Counted from the whole stretch's first letter, positions 38,928 to 51,820 are shown. The stretch: 63,895 bases of DNA, filler included, from Octopus bimaculoides (GCF_001194135.2; 10 parts of 9 records of this genome joined end to end with filler, not necessarily neighbours in it), one strand, 5' to 3'. Program-made: numbers and translations. Notes: generated by a model from the sequence alone, not told the origin.

Positions 38928-41900
38928 GTGTCGAGAAAATCAAAACTAAAAGCTTGCATTAATCTGCCACCGTGATTTCAATCAATTTAACTATAAATTT
39001 GCTTTTTATTTAGTATCGATTAGCTAGAAATGAAATTGCCAAATGATGGAAGATTTCTGTTTAATTGAAAAGAATTTAAAGCTTTTAATAATCAAATGTT
39101 CAATAAAAGTCGATTATCGATATTGCGGCTGGTTGTAGTGTTTTCCTATTTCTTTGAAAAATAGATAAGTAAAAACAATATCATTAAAACGAGTAGAGAA
39201 AATACTACAAATATCAATTGAAATAAAAGGAAATTAATCAAAATATTATTGTGTATGTTCGTGTTTGTTTGAGTTGGTATGTGAGAATATATACAAAATT
39301 ATAAATGAAATATGCAGAAACAAAATTTAGATAAGGAATAATTGCAATATTTCAAGGCAAGATTATGAAAAATTAAAAGTGGAATGTTTATTTTAAAAAA
39401 TGTAATTGGAAACATAAAATTAATCATATAGTCATGGAGAAACGATTGAACATCGTGCGAGGTTTTTACTTGCATGTAGAAATGAACTATGAAGTAAAGC
39501 ATGATACGATAAAATATTTTATTCGAGAAATACTTCCATGATAGAAAAGTAATTAAAATCTAGAGTATATATTACTATAAGAAATTCCATACACGCATTA
39601 TTCTATATTAATATCGATATGATAAAATTGACTCTATCTGCACAAAAACTAGATTTAGTCGAACTGTATATCGAATATTGTATAGCATATGAGTCCATAA
39701 ACAGTAAGTCAAATGAAACTAAGTCATTAACCAGGCATTGCATACGTGCTAAATAGGTAAATTTCAATGTACTTTGTTTCTAATTTTTAGATATTTTATT
39801 TTATGTTGTAATGCATGAATATTTTACAGGATTTGAAAATGTGCATGGCTTTCGAAATATAAACACTTCTAATTTCTTGAAGGAGAAAACTATACTACAC
39901 TAGATATTTTCATAACATTTTACACTATATATTTTCATGAAATTTTAATTTGATTTGGAATCCATCTGCTTATTTCATCACTTATTTATGAAAAATAAAA
40001 CTAACAAATGTTAAAACATGAATTCCATAATCCATCTCCAGTAATCATGCGGACTTTCCCATATATTGCTGATAACCATAGTAAGGATAGGACAATATCG
40101 CTAGAAGATGTTGGAGCTTGAAGTAAATCGGAATATGTGTTACAATGAATGAAATCATACCAAGCTTCTTTCAATAACCATTAATAATTTTGATTTTGAT
40201 AGCAACGTATATAATGTTTTTGTCCTATATTATCACAAATGTTCCATTCATCGGAATTTCATAATCAACGGGTACCCTGCTTTTCAGTAAGAGAATATTA
40301 AGGATGATGCTAGTTGGCTACATTGAGGTGAGAAAATCTTGGATATTTGACTGCATCGTAAACTTATAGCGTGTGACCTGTTCTTGTAACTGATGAGAGC
40401 TATTGGCATTAACAACCCGCACAAATATCACTTTTGGAAGCACGGATAGCATGATCTCAATCTTATTACTGGCTTCTATGTGTGAGTGGGTAGAATAAAC
40501 TTAGAATGACATTTCCTATATTATATTGAATATTGTTCCACAATCATCGCTACTCTCAGTGTGAAACAGTAACTAAGCGTTGTTCATGTGAAATAAACTG
40601 TGCTGCTGATAACAGTTTCCCATCCACACGTGTCTGGAAATAGAATTCGTTATAACAAGCATTCTTCTATTCATTGGGTGAAGCATTTGTGTAGACTTTT
40701 ACGGTTTATCTGGAATCACCAGAGTAAAACTGTGATTATACGCATGATGTTAGTGTAATCAATGAGATTTTCTAATGTGCGTTTGAGAGCCTGAAATTGA
40801 GGTCAGTAAGATATTGTACACTCAAGACATACTACGTGCTCGGTTTTCCTGAAAACATATGCCTCTCCGTTTTTTTATCAGTAATATAACGGACAATATT
40901 TGTCAGGCTGAGTATTAGTTTAAAAGTGAGCATTTATAATACCTCTAATCAAAGATACAGCATCTCTATATTATCTGATGCCTCTTCTCGCACAAAACTT
41001 ATAGAATGTGTAATCGTATATAATTTCATTCAATTCCCGAACCAATGTAGATATTAACTAGATAAGGCAGATGCCTTCTGAAATCAATGTATGCGACCAT
41101 ATAATGCAGTAAATTTTAAGTGCAGAACCTCCACAATAATTTTGCTTACCAATATAGAATATGACTAGAACTGAAGACTCAAAGAGTTCAATATCATGAA
41201 GCTTATAAGTTCGTTTCTATATACCTACCATTGAACGCTTTAGAGTAACAAGAAATGTTATTCATACTAATGATGAATACCAGGTAAACGTTCATATTTT
41301 AAAACAATTTACCTATGTTTAGAGTGCAGATATTTGAACCATTCTGCGTATATCCGATGATATATACGACGAACAGATATTTCAGAATAAATTTGACTAA
41401 CCATCTTAATCACATAGAAAAATATACAAAGAGATCCTTAAATTTACAACTCAGTGAATACGACAGACCTGACACATGCCAATTTTTGAAAAATAACAAT
41501 TATTACAATTTAATTATTAGATTTGTAAAACTGAAAATCAAATCTTCCTATATGAAAAGCAAAATTTAAACAAATCACTCATGTCAAACATTTGAAGAAG
41601 AAACAATAACAGTTAAAAACCTATTACTAGTTATCCTATGATATATTATGAATAAAATGATTTCACGCTTTTTTCTGATCTATCATGAAACAGCATAGTA
41701 GCTAACAACGCCAGAAACAATAATGCAACTCAGTTTAAAACTGCACTGGCATATTTGATACGTTCCATATCTGCCTGATATTATTTATTTCCCATTCATG
41801 CTGACATCGTTCTACCTCCTTCAGGTTTTAAACATGAATCATCGCTCACTCACAATAGTTTTTAACGGTCTATTTTATACACAGTGAAGCGATATATAAG

Positions 41901-42273
41901 CTACTGCGATTCTTTGCAACTCTCAGATCACAAGAGTTTAATATATATATATAGGTATATGATAGGATCGCTTCAATGTTCAAGGAGTAGTCTGAAGTAT
42001 CTAAGCAATCACGGGATAATTCAATCCGAAGGCACTCCTGGAGATTACATGCGTGGGTACCATCTTTGTTAGAAAGTATCCAGAGGCAGGTAATTTATCG
42101 TTTAAACCGCACCCACCAAACCTCTCCTCCGGAGAAAGACTATTAACACAACTATGACTAAAACGTAAGACTAACTTTCACTAACTCTATTCTTATACCG
42201 TTATATGCATTACTATATCCACTAACTGTTATTCCTGCATCTCTCACACCATGAACTTTAACATACTCTTCAA

Positions 42274-42325
42274 CATTCTGAAGAGATCTGCCAATCAAAT
42301 TGGCACATCAAAACCTTCGTAAATG
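42274..42325 (+). ncRNA. Type I hammerhead-like motif with G12A
   Basis: CAUU-CUGAAGA-GAU(C)UGCCAAU-CAA-AUUGGCA(C)AUC-AAAAC-CUUC-GUA-AAUG; all three stems pair. Confidence 0.7.
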
Positions 42326-42414
42326 AATCATTATACAATCTCCACATAATTAAATCAATGGCTAACTAGCTCAATGGACTTGCTTCTTCATGTGTTTGTT
42401 TCTCCATTCTCCAC

Positions 42415-42456
<42 letters not shown>

Positions 42457-42807
42457 ATTTTTTTCCAGNNNNNNNNNNNNNNNNNNNNNNNNNNNNNNNN
42501 NNNNNNNNNNNNTTAATTAATTAANNNNNNNNNNNNNNNNNNNNNNNNNNNNNNNNNNNNNNNNNNNNACGTAAGAAATAGCAAAAATGATATACAATTG
42601 AGTTCATTTAGTTTAAGGTGGTTTGTTTGGAACGTTCGTAAGTAAATGGCATTGCAAAACTTCGTCTATTGCAATGCCATTAACTTATTTCATTTTCAAA
42701 TAACTGTCACGCATTGTACGAGAAAATGTTTTATTATTTTGTTAACTGTTTTCTCCTTTGTTCTCAGCATGCTAAAATGCAGACGTTACAAGAATGGTGG
42801 CGGGAAA

Positions 42808-43197
42808 ATATTCTTTTCTACTCCAGGCACAAGACCCGAAATTTTGGTGGGAGGGGGCCAGTCGATTAGATCGACCCAGTGCGTAACTGGTACTTATTTA
42901 ATCGACCCCGAAAGGATGAAAGGCAAGGTCGACCTCGGCAGAATTTGAACTCAAAACATAGCGGCAGACGAAATACTGCTAAGCATTTCGTCCGGTGTGC
43001 TAACGCTTCTGCCAGCTCACCGCTTTAATAATAATAATAATATTCTTTTCTACTCTAGGCACAAGGCCCGAAATTTTGGGGGAAGGGACCAGTCGATTAG
43101 ATCGACGCCAGTACGCAACTGGTACTTAATTTATCGATCTCAAAAGGATGAAAGGCAAAGTCGACTTCAGCGGAATTTGAAATCAGAACGTAAAGAC
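42808..43197 (-). mobile_element. Two tandem SINE copies (42808-43024, 43042-43197) separated by (AAT)n
   Basis: Both carry cgaccccgaaaggatgaaaggcaa-like cores and ttcttttctactc.aggcacaag tails. Confidence 0.92.
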
Positions 43198-43259
43198 AGA
43201 CCACGTAGTGGTTAAAAGCGAGAGTTACTAACCCCAAGATTCCGAGTTTGATTCCAGGC

Positions 43260-43318
<59 letters not shown>

Positions 43319-44031
43319 GGATCTTTTTTAAAACGGGGGCCACATTTTTCATTAATGTTTTACGTAGTGTTTTTGGTACCGAAAGACTTTCAAACTTCGT
43401 ATACTTATCTATTTTGTGTTATAGNNNNNNNNNNNNNNNNNNNNNNNNNNNNNNNNNNNNNNNNNNNNNNNNNNNNNNNNNNNNNNNNNNNNNNNNNNNN
43501 NNNNNNNNNNNNNNNNNNNNNNNNNNNNNNNNNNNNNNNNNNNNNNNNNNNNNNNNNNNNNNNNNNNNNNNNNNNNNNNNNNNNNNNNNNNNNNNNNNNN
43601 NNNNNNNNNNNNNNNNNNNNNNNNNNNNNNNNNNNNNNNNNNNNNNNNNNNNNNNNNNNNNNNNNNNNNNNNNNNNNNNNNNNNNNNNNNNNNNNNNNNN
43701 NNNNNNNNNNNNNNNNNNNNNNNNNNNNNNNNNNNNNNNNNNNNNNNNNNNNNNNNNNNNNNNNNNNNNNNNNNNNNNNNNNNNNNNNNNNNNNNNNNNN
43801 NNNNNNNNNNNNNNNNNNNNNNNNNNNNNNNNNNNNNNNNNNNNNNNNNNNNNNNNNNNNNNNNNNNNNNNNNNNNNNNNNNNNNNNNNNNNNNNNNNNN
43901 NNNNNNNNNNNNNNNNNNNNNNNNNNNNNNNNNNNNNNNNNNNNNNNNNNNNNATGACACATTCTACCAGTGTTCCAAGTTTCAAAGTGTTTCGTTAATG
44001 AAAAATGTGGCCCCCGTTTTAAAAAAGATCC
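43319..44031. mobile_element. Non-autonomous DNA transposon with perfect 37-bp TIRs; interior is a gap
   Basis: ggatcttttttaaaacgggggccacatttttcattaa at 43319-43355 and its exact reverse complement at 43995-44031, inside (AAT)n. Confidence 0.88.
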
Positions 44032-44069
44032 AATAATAATAATAATAATAATAATAACAACAACAACAA

Positions 44070-44215
44070 CATCGGAAAAATACCTTAGGAATGAGAACCC
44101 AGGGTCGAAATTTCCCCAAGACACCTGAAGAAAGCTGGAGGGTATATCAGCCGAAATGTGTTAGCAACAAACAAGATGAGGACAAATATCCGTCGAATGT
44201 AAATAATGTAAATAA
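44070..44215 (+). mobile_element. Short PLE-end repeat with eroded hammerhead (44121-44163)
   Basis: ACAC-CUGAAGA-AAGCUG-gaggguauau-CAGCC-GAAAU-GUGU; the stem III/cleavage site is deleted. Confidence 0.65.
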
Positions 44216-45401
44216 TGATTGAAAAGAGGTTAACATGAAAAAAATAATTATTAAAACTCTTAATCGAAATACTCAGTGTCCTATAAATAGGACACTGAGA
44301 CAATTGGTATAGCTTATTTAATGTTCTCATTTAGTGTCCTATTTATAGGGCGGTGGGTCTTAATGGGTTAAGCAATATCGACTATATTACTTCTTTCATT
44401 TTGGCACCTGATCTTAATAAACAATGCAGACGAGTGTCTTCTCTACAGAAAGAAAAGGTAGAAATGACCAAGAAAATATGTGACGATGGAAGCTTCGCTG
44501 CTCTGGACCAAAGTTTGATGTCAATGAATATACCATTCGTTTGATTCATATATGGCATGGAGCTGATTCATTTATACCTTTTTTTTTCCCCTAAGCAAAC
44601 CCCTTAATAAATGAAGACAAATGTATTACGTTCAAATCAAACCAATACTTTTCAAAAACAATTCAATATTCAGGTGGAACATCTGCATTAACTAAGACCT
44701 TACCTGATCCCCAGGAAAGTGAGTTGATTGCATTTTAGACTTTCACCATACATTTTTCAAACATAAAGTTGCTTTTAGTGAATCAAAATTTGAACTGTGT
44801 GTATGTGTGTCGCGCGCGAGTGTTTCCGACGCTGTTTTTTCAAAGTATGATCCGCCTAACCTGTAAAATATCAGATCATAATCTAGCTATATTGATTTTC
44901 GTTCGATGTTTCTTTCATGAAATATTTTATGAAAACTTGAATGAATCATGTAAAAGTCGTTTATGTTTTTATCTCATAAAGTATTCCCTCCTAAGTAAAT
45001 CAAAGTACAACCATTAAACATTTATAATCCTTTGATAATGTTACTCTACTAATGCTGTTTATGAAATAAATTTATAGCTGTATCCATTTGTCCGAGTACA
45101 AGACATGAAACACGACAAACTCGTTATTAAATTAACAATTTTAACATGATGCCATTCACGAAAACGACTTCTGCTGCCAAGCTGCCTTAGTGTTACATTC
45201 CACTTGTTCTTATTAACACGATTACAAGAAATTTCTTGTTCATCACGTAAGCAATATAATTTATTTATGTTCGATTACATTTAAATCGTTTTATTCTTGT
45301 ATCTAGTGTGAAGATCCGTTTTGAGTATGAAGAAATAAGTCAGGCCATCTCGTAAGCTATTTGTAGAGAGAGAGGGAGGGAGGGAGGGAGGAAGGAAGGC
45401 A

Positions 45402-45442
<41 letters not shown>

Positions 45443-46265
45443 NNNNNNNNNNNNNNNNNNNNNNNNNNNNNNNNNNNNNNNNNNNNNNNNNNNNNNNNNN
45501 NNNNNNNNNNNNNNNNNNNNNNNNNNNNNNNNNNNNNNNNNNNNNNNNNNNNNNNNNNNNNNNNNNNNNNNNNNNNNNNNNNNNNNNNNNNNNNNNNNNN
45601 NNNNNNNNNNNNNNNNNNNNNNNNNNNNNNNNNNNNNNNNNNNNNNNNNNNNNNNNNNNNNNNNNNNNNNNNNNNNNNNNNNNNNNNNNNNNNNNNNNNN
45701 NNNNNNNNNNNNNNNNNNNNNNNNNNNNNNNNNNNNNNNNNNNNNNNNNNNNNNNNNNNNNNNNNNNNNNNNNNNNNNNNNNNNNNNNNNNNNNNNNNNN
45801 NNNNNNNNNNNNNNNNNNNNNNNNNNNNNNNNNNNNNNNNNNNNNNNNNNNNNNNNNNNNNNNNNNNNNNNNNNNNNNNNNNNNNNNNNNNNNNNNNNNN
45901 CATCGAGTGTGTCATGAACGCACATACGTCGTAGAGAAGTTGTTCTCGCTCTAACAACAACGATTAGTATATTCGCGTTCGACTCTACCGGAACATATTA
46001 AAAGTAAATACGCAAGTCATCGTTTTGATTCTCGCTGTTCGCCGTGAATATGACGATTTATTATTGGTTGGCAGATACCAGCGTGGATCAGCAAACAGTT
46101 TACACAACATGTCTATGAAGAAATTTTCTCTCAGACAAAACCCACAGCATCATGCCTTTGAATGATGTGTATATGTTAAGTATGTTACACAAATGACGTT
46201 TATAATTTTAATGCCACCTTACTTATGTACACTGGGGTTTTTTAAGATGAGGAAGCGTTACGTTA

Positions 46266-47152
46266 CATGGTCTGATCAATAAGTATCCGGACTGTTACCA
46301 TACTAACGAAAATAAAAGCATGCGGAGCAAAGCCGCTTAGCACAGATTGACCTGGAACTCTACTGTGCATGCGCACTAAGTTTTAATGTTCTAGCTCACT
46401 TCCGCTGTTTACAGCAGTACTTGGAAGAAAGGTATGTAGAGTGTGATCGTCGCATTGACCATAACAAAGAAAGCTGAGCAGAGAATCAAAATTTGCCAAA
46501 AGCTTGGTGCTACCTGCTCAGAGGCCTACGCAAAGTTTTCAAAAAGTTTCCATCGTTCTCGACACAATCAAGATCTTGTGCAACTGAAACACGAGTGTAT
46601 TTTTGGTCATCTGGAAGCAGTTTTGGCACAAACTTGGCAGACACATGTCTCATACCCAAATCTTCAGTGATAATGCACTGAACTGAACAGTAACTAATCT
46701 GTACATCCTCTGATAACTCACGGGTGGTGATTCGACGATTTCCGCTCACAGCTGAATGCACGTCTGCGATGCTTTTCTTAGTTCTGCTGGTTGTGGGTCT
46801 CCCAGGACGTTTGTCAATATCGACATTTTTTCGGTCATCTTTGAAACGTCTGAACCACTCGTACATTTGTGTGCGGTTCATACACACCTCTCCACTCACT
46901 TTCTGCCACTTTGCGTAAGCTTCTGAACAGGTATCGCCGTAACAACTTTCTCTATCATGGTCAATGCGACGATCACACGCTACGCACCTTCCTTCCAAGC
47001 ACTGATGTAAACAGCGGAAGTAAGCTAGAACGTTAAAACTTAGTGCACATGCACAGCAGAATCCAAGGTCAATCTTTGCCAAGCGGCTTCACTCTACGAG
47101 CTTCAGCTTTGTTACTATGGCAACAGTCTGGATACTTATTGATCTGACCTCG
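46266..47152. mobile_element. Mariner derivative made of two head-to-head 5' halves, TA-flanked
   Basis: TIR-like ggtc.gatcaataagtatcc.gactgt at both ends; ~270-bp arms are reverse-complementary; minus ORF encodes transposase HTH...MRHVSAKFVPKLL; TA at 46264-46265 and 47153-47154. Confidence 0.92.
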
Positions 47153-47234
47153 TATATCACTAAATGTATTATTCACTGTTCGTTTTATGTCGGAGGTGAT
47201 GGATTTCGTCTGTGACAATGACTACAGGATACTC

Positions 47235-47274
47235 GTCACTGACAAGACATAAGACGGACGAAACGCGTCAAACG
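47235..47274 (+). ncRNA. Degenerate hammerhead-like motif
   Basis: CUGACAA-GAC...GGAC-GAAAC-GC-GUC with palindromic ACGCGU; G8 is A and stems I and II are eroded. Confidence 0.5.
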
Positions 47275-48140
47275 TTCCTGTGAGTCGCTGCTGGCATGAT
47301 GCTCGCCTCTCCGATGTATATTGTGTGTGTATAACACATGTCTATGAAAAGATTTTTATCTTAGATGAAAATCTCAGTATCATACCTGTCGACAGTGTAT
47401 ATATACGTTATGTTACACAAATGGCGTTTATAAGATAATATTGTTTCAGTTGTGTACACAGATTTTACAGCAAAAGATTTAATCTTTCACTTTATAATTT
47501 TTGCTACCCCACCATCACAATACACACGCACGCACGCACACGTATCTATCTATCTATCTATATATCTATATATTTATATATATATATATATANNNNNNNN
47601 NNNNNNNNNNNNNNNNNNNNNNNNNNNNNNNNNNNNTTAATTAATTAANNNNNNNNNNNNNNNNNNNNNNNNNNNNNNNNNNNNNNNNNNNNTATATATA
47701 TATAGTTCTAATAAAGGCGGCCATTTTTATTTAATGACTTTTATTTCCAAACCTTACAAATGTCTGTAACAGTAACCTGACTCCCACCCACCTCTTGTGG
47801 AACATTTCAAGCAAGTTGATAGTGTCTGATAATATTAACGATGCTTGTTTAATTGATGTCACTTCGTGCGCCAAAATATTTCAGGTTACGCCAGTTTTTA
47901 ATATCATAATATTTCGACAGCAAACTAATCTTAGCCAAGTTTCGCAATAAATTCTTTACTTCCGTTGTTTCGTCTTGAATTACGAAGCATCTTTCGCAAT
48001 TATCCACAACTTGTGTTTATACCCCCGATCAATGTTAATGCATTAAACATTCTTAGGGTAATTCCTTAACGCCTACAACAGAAGGGCAAGCGGATGGGTG
48101 ACTATAAATATCAACAACAACAATAATAAAACGATAAACA

Positions 48141-48770
48141 TTATTTCTAATTTAGACAGGAGGCCAGCATTTTTTTTTAGGAGTTTGGGGTTAGTAGATA
48201 CAATTGACCTCAATGTTGGCTGGTGCTATATTTAATCGACCCCCGGAGGGATAAAAGGAAAAGTCGATCTCTCGGTGGGATTTGGACTCAGACTGTAAAG
48301 AACCAGGAAAAATACTGCAAGGTATTTTCCGATTCTCCGTTATCCTCTCAGCTCGCCGCTAATAACATAAACTGTTTCTAATATAGGGCACGGCACAAAG
48401 GCCAGAAATTTGGGGAAGGATGTTTGTCAATTACAGGGAACCCAGTTGTTGACTTGTATTTTATTTTATCGACCTGGAAAGGATGAAAGGCAAAATTGAC
48501 TTCAGTGGGATTTTAACTCGGAACTTGAAGAGCCGGAAGAAATGTCGCTAAGCATTTTGTTCGACGCGCTAACGATTCTGTCAACTCGCCGCCATAATAA
48601 CAATAATTGTTTTAGGGTTTGAAACACAAGGGGAGCAAGTTTAGAAAAGGGATTGATCGTTACCATCGATCCCAGTCAATAACGTAGGGTACCTTGCCTG
48701 GAACTCTATATGTATTTCTTTATTGCCCACAGGGGGCTAAATATAGAGGGAACAAACAAGGACAGACGAG
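48141..48770 (-). mobile_element. Tandem cluster of SINE copies (48141-48360, 48372-48593, partial copies to 48770)
   Basis: Repeated ggatgaaaggcaa/tcgacc core and ctcgccgc head, separated by AAT/AAC-rich spacers. Confidence 0.85.
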
Positions 48771-48929
48771 TCACTGCTATCTCTAGCGGTCGAGCGTCCA
48801 TCATTGACGAGACCAAGGTAGTCTCGACGCTGGAGATAACGGGGGATTTATCTCCTCGCTAGTGATATAAAGAAGAGTGCATTTTGCACCAAAAGCCAAT
48901 ATGGGAGTTTCTGTCTTGGTATCTATTGC

Positions 48930-49500
48930 TGTATAATTCGTTCGAACAGAACATTCACGTGTAAGTGGGGTATCTTTCTACCCTGAACTCCTTCAGATCG
49001 GGTGTCAACATCCGAAGCTCTCCCTTTGCACAAACTTTCCGATTTGCAAAGTCTCCCGCTATCTTCTGCAATTATTGTGACCACTATCCAGTCATACAGC
49101 AAACGCACGGATTGTGATACATCTATCCGCATGAATCAATTTTCTCACTCGCTGGCGATTCGTGCCAGTGGTTACAGATTATAGTCTCTTACGGCATGAT
49201 TTGTCTTCAATGCAGATTTCCCTTTCTTTACTCTTCTTTATCCATCTGTACACATTGCTCTTGTTACCGGTGTTATCACCGCGAACGACCTGTAGCCTTC
49301 TGTAGATGTCGGTCAATTTGCGCCCCTCTTTCACCAAAAACTCAATGATGGCACGTTACTTCTTAGAAGCCATCATTCGCCTGCAATGAAGAACAGGAAG
49401 AGTTAGTTACTCCACCAATATGTGCAATTTGAACGACCCATGTCAGTTAATGAAACAAAAAATTACGCTTATTTTTGCTTTATTTCCGGCACAACCTGTG
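48930..49500 (-). mobile_element. Mariner transposase 5' fragment
   Basis: MASKK*RAIIEFLVKEGRKLTDIYRRLQVVRGDNTGNKSNVYRWIKK...KVCAKGELRMLTPDLKEFRVE; stops and frameshifts. Confidence 0.87.
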
Positions 49501-49980
49501 TATGAAATAATGCAAGTATATCCGGAAAGGGATCGAGGAAGAAATACAAGCATATTTATGTAAACACGATGAGTGTATAGTCAAGGAATAAAATAATAAT
49601 TTTGAGTTGAGGTCGTTTGGTTAGTAGCAAAGCAGAGATTTATGCTGCATGGCTATAAGATAGCGTGGAGTTTCTCAGACTCTTTGGCGACATATAACGG
49701 AAACGGATAAGTTTCAATTGGATATTGAAACCGTTTCGCTGACACGGAAGTTTATTCAACAGCTATATAAGTTTGTTAAGGAAGTATTAATTTATTTATG
49801 GCAGGCAAGTTTAAAAAGTGTAATTAGAAATAATAATAATAGCTAATATTATTTTGTTTGTACAATTATGGGAGACAACTCTGAATACATGTTTAAATCT
49901 TGTTATGAACTCATCAGCGAAGCACAGACTTCACCATTCATACCGAAGTAATGATAAGAAAATCATTAATTATATTTACG

Positions 49981-50130
49981 TTCTGAATTCAAATTCTACC
50001 GTGGTCTACTTTGCCTTTCATTCTTTCGGGGTTGATAAATTAAGTACCAGTGAAAAACTGAGATCGATGTAACCGACTAGTCTTCTCCCCCCAAATTTCA
50101 GGCCTTGTGCCTAGAGTAGAAAGGATTATT
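49981..50130 (+). mobile_element. 5'-truncated SINE, gcctttcat core family
   Basis: ctttgcctttcattctttcggggttgataaattaagtaccag...ggccttgtgcctagagtagaaaggattatt. Confidence 0.9.
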
Positions 50131-50759
50131 TCTGAACTGACAGGATACTGCTGCCTGTTTGACTTAGCAAATGAAAGCATCCTAGTCACTCTTCCCCTCT
50201 ACTAACATATTCCATATAATGAAATAATATACTGGCCTTTAAAACCGATCTATTGAAGCGTTAGGCAGGACATCACTTTGCATGCCCAACCCAAGAATGT
50301 TATGTATATGAAGTATCATAATTGAAACGATCATGTATATTTTAGTAAATGTCATAGAAGAGTAGGAGCTTATATTAAAAGGTGGTTTATGTAAAAACGA
50401 GGTCTACATAAGAAGCACAAGGATGACATATATAAACCATTTTGTTAAGAAAAGTGGAATATGTAAACAGAGCACGTAGAGTAAAATCTTCCGATGTACA
50501 AGGGTGAAGCCTACAAGTGAAATGTGTAAAGGGGGCGGATGTTAATGTGACAGCAGAAAGTTATGAGCAAAGAGTTGAAAATGTACAAAAGCGAAAGATA
50601 AAAGCGGCGCAGGAGGATGATACAGTGAACTGCATTTAAAAGCCGGCGGAAGACAGACTTGAGTTCAGTAAAAAACATTTAGAATATCATCAAGTGGACA
50701 GATTCAAGAATATCTTGTATTATACCTAATGAAAAATATTCCTGTTTTAACAAAGAACG

Positions 50760-51800
50760 TTTAAGTGAAGAAGCTTATTGGAAATAAATAAATAAATAAG
50801 ATCACTCAGAGCATCTGATTAAGCGCATGCGCTGGAAAGCAAACTTCTTGGAAATTGAATCGCATGAAGAAATCTTCGATAGGATATTCGGATTAGCGAC
50901 AAAAAAAAAAATTCCTCCCACCAGGACCGGTTTTAAGCCAATTAGACAGATTTGTTCAAATTGGGCCCTCGCCCCATGTGAGGGTGATGCGCACACGACG
51001 CTCATGCGGAGGACGTTATGATGAATTTTTAGTATATCATTGTGGAGTCTAAAGCTCTCGACGCTATTCGGCTGGGACTGGCGTATTAAACGAAGCATAA
51101 AACATCAATCTTCAGCTTTTGTAGCGTAGAGGGTCGCACTAACAATTCTCGAATTGGACCCTGAAGTTCCTAGTGCCGGCCTTACCTCCACACATGGGAC
51201 TCGAAGCTTTTGATACATCCTGAACATGACTGAAAACTTTCAGTTCAGAATTTACTTAAACACTTTCCAAAGCATTTTTGATGAAAGAGCTGAGGCATTT
51301 CCGTAACTCTAGAAAATTACATATTCCTTCAGATAAGACTAAAAGCATTTATGAGGTTAAGAATCACCTGAATAAACAACTCATTTCCAGTAACATTACA
51401 GCCTCTTAGCAGAAAACTAACCCTAACATGTACTACTGCATTGATAAAGAAGCAAATCTGCTAACCTCGGTCATTAAATTAGATTATGATATCAAATGTT
51501 TAGCTGCCAGATACCACCCCCACTGGCTTACTTTAAGAGACTATAAATGTAACTTCTTCTCCCTGACTCTAAATGCAGATTCACCTAATTAAGAGTGAAT
51601 TACTCAGCAAAATAATTCCTGATGCAATTAATGTGAAAATTATGCAATCTTCCAACATTCCCCAGTGGAAGGACAACTTTGTAGTGACGGATTGTATTAC
51701 GCGACAAACGTGACTGCAATTTCATACAAATTGACCTCATCGAATTTCATCGAATTTCACTTTTCCATCTCTGAAACCTTTTAAACAAAAGTTTTATAGT
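50760..51800 (+). mobile_element. Degenerate Penelope-like element, N-terminal domain and RT start
   Basis: SEHLIKRMRWKANFL, FGLATKKKIPP, ENFQFR..NTFQ, IPSDKTKSIY, SNIT, TLRDYKCNF, SKIIPDAIN..QWK and FIQIDLIEF occur in PLE order; probable insertion at ~50960-51230. Confidence 0.82.
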
Positions 51801-51820
51801 TTGGCTGCAGATATACTTGT

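Noticed and set aside
38678-38959. Poly-Ile or acidic ORF
   Set aside because: Derived from (GAT)n and its degenerate flank.
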